Positions 61,168-64,000 of a stretch of 64,000 nucleotides of DNA are shown in pieces. Location of the stretch: positions 335 to 64,334 of IMG/VR virus record IMGVR_UViG_3300035134_000062, one strand, 5' to 3'. Positions within the stretch are counted from its first letter, which is position 1; each line of letters opens with the position of its first letter. The translations under genes were made by a program, and so were the position numbers. The notes beneath the pieces were generated by a model that worked only from the letters and a program-made list of their open reading frames with translations, had not been told where the DNA came from and ran no database searches. This DNA comes from a virus (Duplodnaviria; Caudoviricetes).

Positions 61168-62721
61168 CTACGTCCTTCCAAGTATTACGGATCCATTCTG
61201 CCTACTGCAAACAACGTAATTGTCTCCACTAGGGTTCGTGTATGGGTAATGTGTTCCGATGCCGTAAAGCGTGCCGCTAGTATGATCAAAAACCCTCCAC
61301 ACTTCACCAAACCTAGATTCGTAAACCTCGCCATTACTAGCGCAAACTAGCCACTTATCTCCTGCGTATGTGACATCAACAAACGTCACACCGCTCCACG
61401 TAGGAGTAGCTTCGTTCCATGAAGTCCCGTCCTCGTTACCGCGTAAAATACTGTCCTCCGTAATGACTACAAAGGAAGCGTTACTCCCGGCTCCTCCGCG
61501 ATTAGCGGCGATAGCTACGACCGTTCCCGTGCTAATGGGAAGGTCGTAATAAGTGGACCATGACGTTGGGTCACTAGTCACCCAAACAGTCTTTTCTTCT
61601 ATGGCACAATACACTGTACCGTTGTATGCGACTCCTTGAAAGTCATCAGGACTACCATCAGGAGCCACAGTGATGGATGCATTGTTCCATGTATCCCCGC
61701 CATCTGTGCTATACTGTATCTCCCCACGAAGGCCGTTGCCTTCAGTGCCAACAATTACCACATTAGTACCACTACCATCCGTGACTCCCGTAAAATCGCC
61801 TACGTAAGCCCCGGCTGAAGTGCGCGCGGTCCATGTTGATAAGTCGCCTTGGGATGTTTTGATTCCATTGGAATTACCTACAAGGATGAATTGCCCCCCA
61901 TTACTTGGAGACTTATTAGGGCAATGTGCTAACCCACGTGGGTACACCAATCCTTGTCCAAATCTGCTGGTCCAATCTGATGTATCTGTAGGAGGGGCGT
62001 ACCCGTCCGCTGTAGAAAGATCAGTAACAAGCCCAGCAACAACCCATTTTGGATCACTGTTAGTGTCCTTGAACTTCGTAACAAACAAATTCTGTGTCCC
62101 GACAGTTTTAGAAACCAAAGGCCCGGACAGCCAAAACATCTTCAATATAGTATGCAGCGGGGTCACTCTTCCTAGCGACCATTCTAACAACGCATCATCG
62201 TCCCCCCGTTGCGTTACCATCTCCCATAGGTACATCCAATCAGTATTATTGATCGATGCTCCACATGAAGACCCCGCTACAAAAACAGGATAATCATGTT
62301 GCGAAACTTCCGCGTCAGTGTAGCCTTGTGCTGTTGCGATAGCTTCCATTGCTGATGCTGTGGGGTCGGCATTGCCCAGCAAACGCGCCCATATATCGGA
62401 TCTCCTGGTCGCAGTTGTGCTCGGAGGGCTTGGATTAGACCCCGGCAACCCCAGCACACGCTCCCAATCTGCTATGAGTTCGAACATCGTTTGCGGGTCA
62501 AATTCGTTCAGAAGATCTAACCCCCGCTTTTCAATACGAACAAACGCATGGCTCAGAGCTCTGAGTAAGTTCTCAAAGTTGCCACCAGACTCCAATTGCC
62601 AAGCAGCCCCAGTTGGCAACAGCTTCTTCAACACGTCGACATACGAGTCATTGACTACGTCTTGTATCGCGGTGCCAGTCGAAGCGTCCCACGTTACGCC
62701 GTATATGCTTACTGTAGCCAT
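61168..62721 (-). CDS. Mu gp48/YmfQ-like baseplate protein fused to an Asp-box beta-propeller
   Basis: Y...L..LLP.G.AW, E.DP.T..ELI.DWERVLGLP, P.HT.L; then ~315 aa with YSTDGGDTW-type repeats. Confidence 0.82.
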   Translation of the reverse strand: MATVSIYGVTWDASTGTAIQDVVNDSYVDVLKKLLPTGAAWQLESGGNFENLLRALSHAFVRIEKRGLDLLNEFDPQTMFELIADWERVLGLPGSNPSPPSTTATRRSDIWARLLGNADPTASAMEAIATAQGYTDAEVSQHDYPVFVAGSSCGASINNTDWMYLWEMVTQRGDDDALLEWSLGRVTPLHTILKMFWLSGPLVSKTVGTQNLFVTKFKDTNSDPKWVVAGLVTDLSTADGYAPPTDTSDWTSRFGQGLVYPRGLAHCPNKSPSNGGQFILVGNSNGIKTSQGDLSTWTARTSAGAYVGDFTGVTDGSGTNVVIVGTEGNGLRGEIQYSTDGGDTWNNASITVAPDGSPDDFQGVAYNGTVYCAIEEKTVWVTSDPTSWSTYYDLPISTGTVVAIAANRGGAGSNASFVVITEDSILRGNEDGTSWNEATPTWSGVTFVDVTYAGDKWLVCASNGEVYESRFGEVWRVFDHTSGTLYGIGTHYPYTNPSGDNYVVCSRQNGSVILGRT

Positions 62722-62722
62722 C

Positions 62723-63127
62723 TCAGCTAATGCCTACTTTGAGCTCTTGACTCACAAATTGAGGCTGATCCGTAGCTACAAAATTATAGGTAGTGGCGGT
62801 GCCAGACACATTCGTAGTAGGTCCATACGCAATCAACGTAGTCCCCGCGTTGTCGTAAATGGCCCACCCAAGGATCCCAGTTAGAGCTCCTGTCAAAGCG
62901 CTAAACGTAATGGTTCCGTTGTTCGCCCTATACCATCCCGTCCCCGACTCTTCCACGGAGACCCACGCAGAATGAGTAGCGCGTGCATACCCAGAGCCGC
63001 TAGCTTCGACCAAACTAGTCCCGGTGTAGTCATCAGGAAGCGTAGTCAACAACGCAATTTTGTAGGACGTTCCATCCGCAATAGCGCCAGCTAGAGCATA
63101 CTGGAGGCCATCTTCTGCGAGACCCAT
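62723..63127 (-). CDS. Minor tail/fibre-base-like protein
   Basis: YKIALLTT.P......E.SG.GYAR......N...ITF......I.GWAIYD.....I.YG. Confidence 0.65.
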   Translation of the reverse strand: MGLAEDGLQYALAGAIADGTSYKIALLTTLPDDYTGTSLVEASGSGYARATHSAWVSVEESGTGWYRANNGTITFSALTGALTGILGWAIYDNAGTTLIAYGPTTNVSGTATTYNFVATDQPQFVSQELKVGIS

Positions 63128-63128
63128 A

Positions 63129-64000
63129 TCACACCCACGTAATAGTACCCATGACGGGCAGGTAACCAGTAGTGTAAACTTGATCAGCCGTCGGATTAGT
63201 CAGCGTATGATCTTCCTCTCCTGTGGCAATGGATATCGCTTCGTTGATTTGCGATAGGTAGATTGTACACCCATCGGCCTCTCCTTTTCGAAGAATCAAG
63301 TCCTCTAGCTCATCCTCTACCGCAGATCGAATGGCGGAAGTATCAGGGGTTACTGATATCGTAAAATCCAGGGTGCTTTCTGTGGGAGCGTAAACATTCA
63401 CGTCAGCAGTTACCGGCGCCGCGGCATCTAGGTAATCCTGCACAGTAGAGATTTCAGAAGCATCAGGGATGATGCTGGGCGTATCATTGTCTCGGACGAA
63501 ATACAACACAACGGTTCCCGTACCATCGCCGTTGGGAATCTCCCACGCACGCGTAACACCTGATACCTCTAACGCCCAGCTTTCGTAGTCTCCAGGACCG
63601 CCCCCAGAAGGTGGATTTTGAAGCCGGAGTAAAAGTCTAGCAAGGAGCTCTGCATCCGTCTCCTCATCAGTGCCTTGTGTAAGTCCAGATCCTGTTACTG
63701 TGCCGTCCGTATCAATGCCCGACACGGGAGATACAAGGCTGAGTGTGGCACCTGAGCTTTGATTGCCGTCAGCCCCGCCTTCTACGGCCGTAACAGTAAC
63801 CGTATCCGTACCTCCAGCTATGGTACCCGCCGTGTCCTGCTCGTATTCAATGCCTGCCGCATCTTCCCACAACGTGCCTATGGGGCATGTAGAGCCATTG
63901 GTACCAGTGATTACCAAATCCCCAGTAGCCTCAACAGATGCCGTCTTTTCAAGGCCCCAAATAGCCGCCCACTTGAGGAGGTATTCGGATTCTGCGGTAT
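63129..64000 (-). CDS. Baseplate J-like protein (Mu gp47), 5' end outside the window
   Basis: The frame is open to 64000 (TAESEYLLKWAAIWGL.K...A.G); GTDEETD.ELL.RLL.R...PP.GG...DY..WAL.V.GV.RAW. Confidence 0.95.
   Translation of the reverse strand, partial: TAESEYLLKWAAIWGLEKTASVEATGDLVITGTNGSTCPIGTLWEDAAGIEYEQDTAGTIAGGTDTVTVTAVEGGADGNQSSGATLSLVSPVSGIDTDGTVTGSGLTQGTDEETDAELLARLLLRLQNPPSGGGPGDYESWALEVSGVTRAWEIPNGDGTGTVVLYFVRDNDTPSIIPDASEISTVQDYLDAAAPVTADVNVYAPTESTLDFTISVTPDTSAIRSAVEDELEDLILRKGEADGCTIYLSQINEAISIATGEEDHTLTNPTADQVYTTGYLPVMGTITWV

Noticed and set aside
57555-62721. Invertible tail-fibre cassette or diversity-generating retroelement
   Set aside because: No invertase, no inverted fibre duplicates, no reverse transcriptase and no template/variable repeat pair were seen.

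Overview
The window is an almost complete genome of a contractile-tailed dsDNA phage of a Gram-negative host. The gene running off position 1 (Mu gp46-like) and the gene entering at position 64000 (baseplate J/gp47-like, lacking its N-terminus) are neighbours in the Mu gene order, so the ends are probably nearly contiguous. The minus strand (1-18640 and 55315-64000) carries a full Mu-like head/tail/baseplate operon, tail fibres and a lysis cassette. No Mu transposase, MuB, integrase or invertase was recognised. The plus strand (19257-55303) carries a DUF3854/D5-type primase-helicase preceded by an iteron-like origin, and a PolA/PD-(D/E)xK/VRR-NUC/SNF2 replication module. It also carries an RpoH-like sigma factor coupled to a mini J-domain protein, nucleotide-metabolism genes and many small paralogous ORFs. 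The most unusual signals are non-coding. (1) Four sigma54-type -24/-12 promoters fall into two classes, two of them with identically spaced upstream palindromes and IHF sites. (2) A shared (A/G)GGGAGA ribosome-binding motif precedes nine early genes. (3) Two unrelated intergenic RNA structures both expose the complementary TGGTCTCCCT in an apical loop, suggesting a multi-target anti-RBS small-RNA switch. All annotations come from motif recognition by eye; no database searches or folding programs were run.
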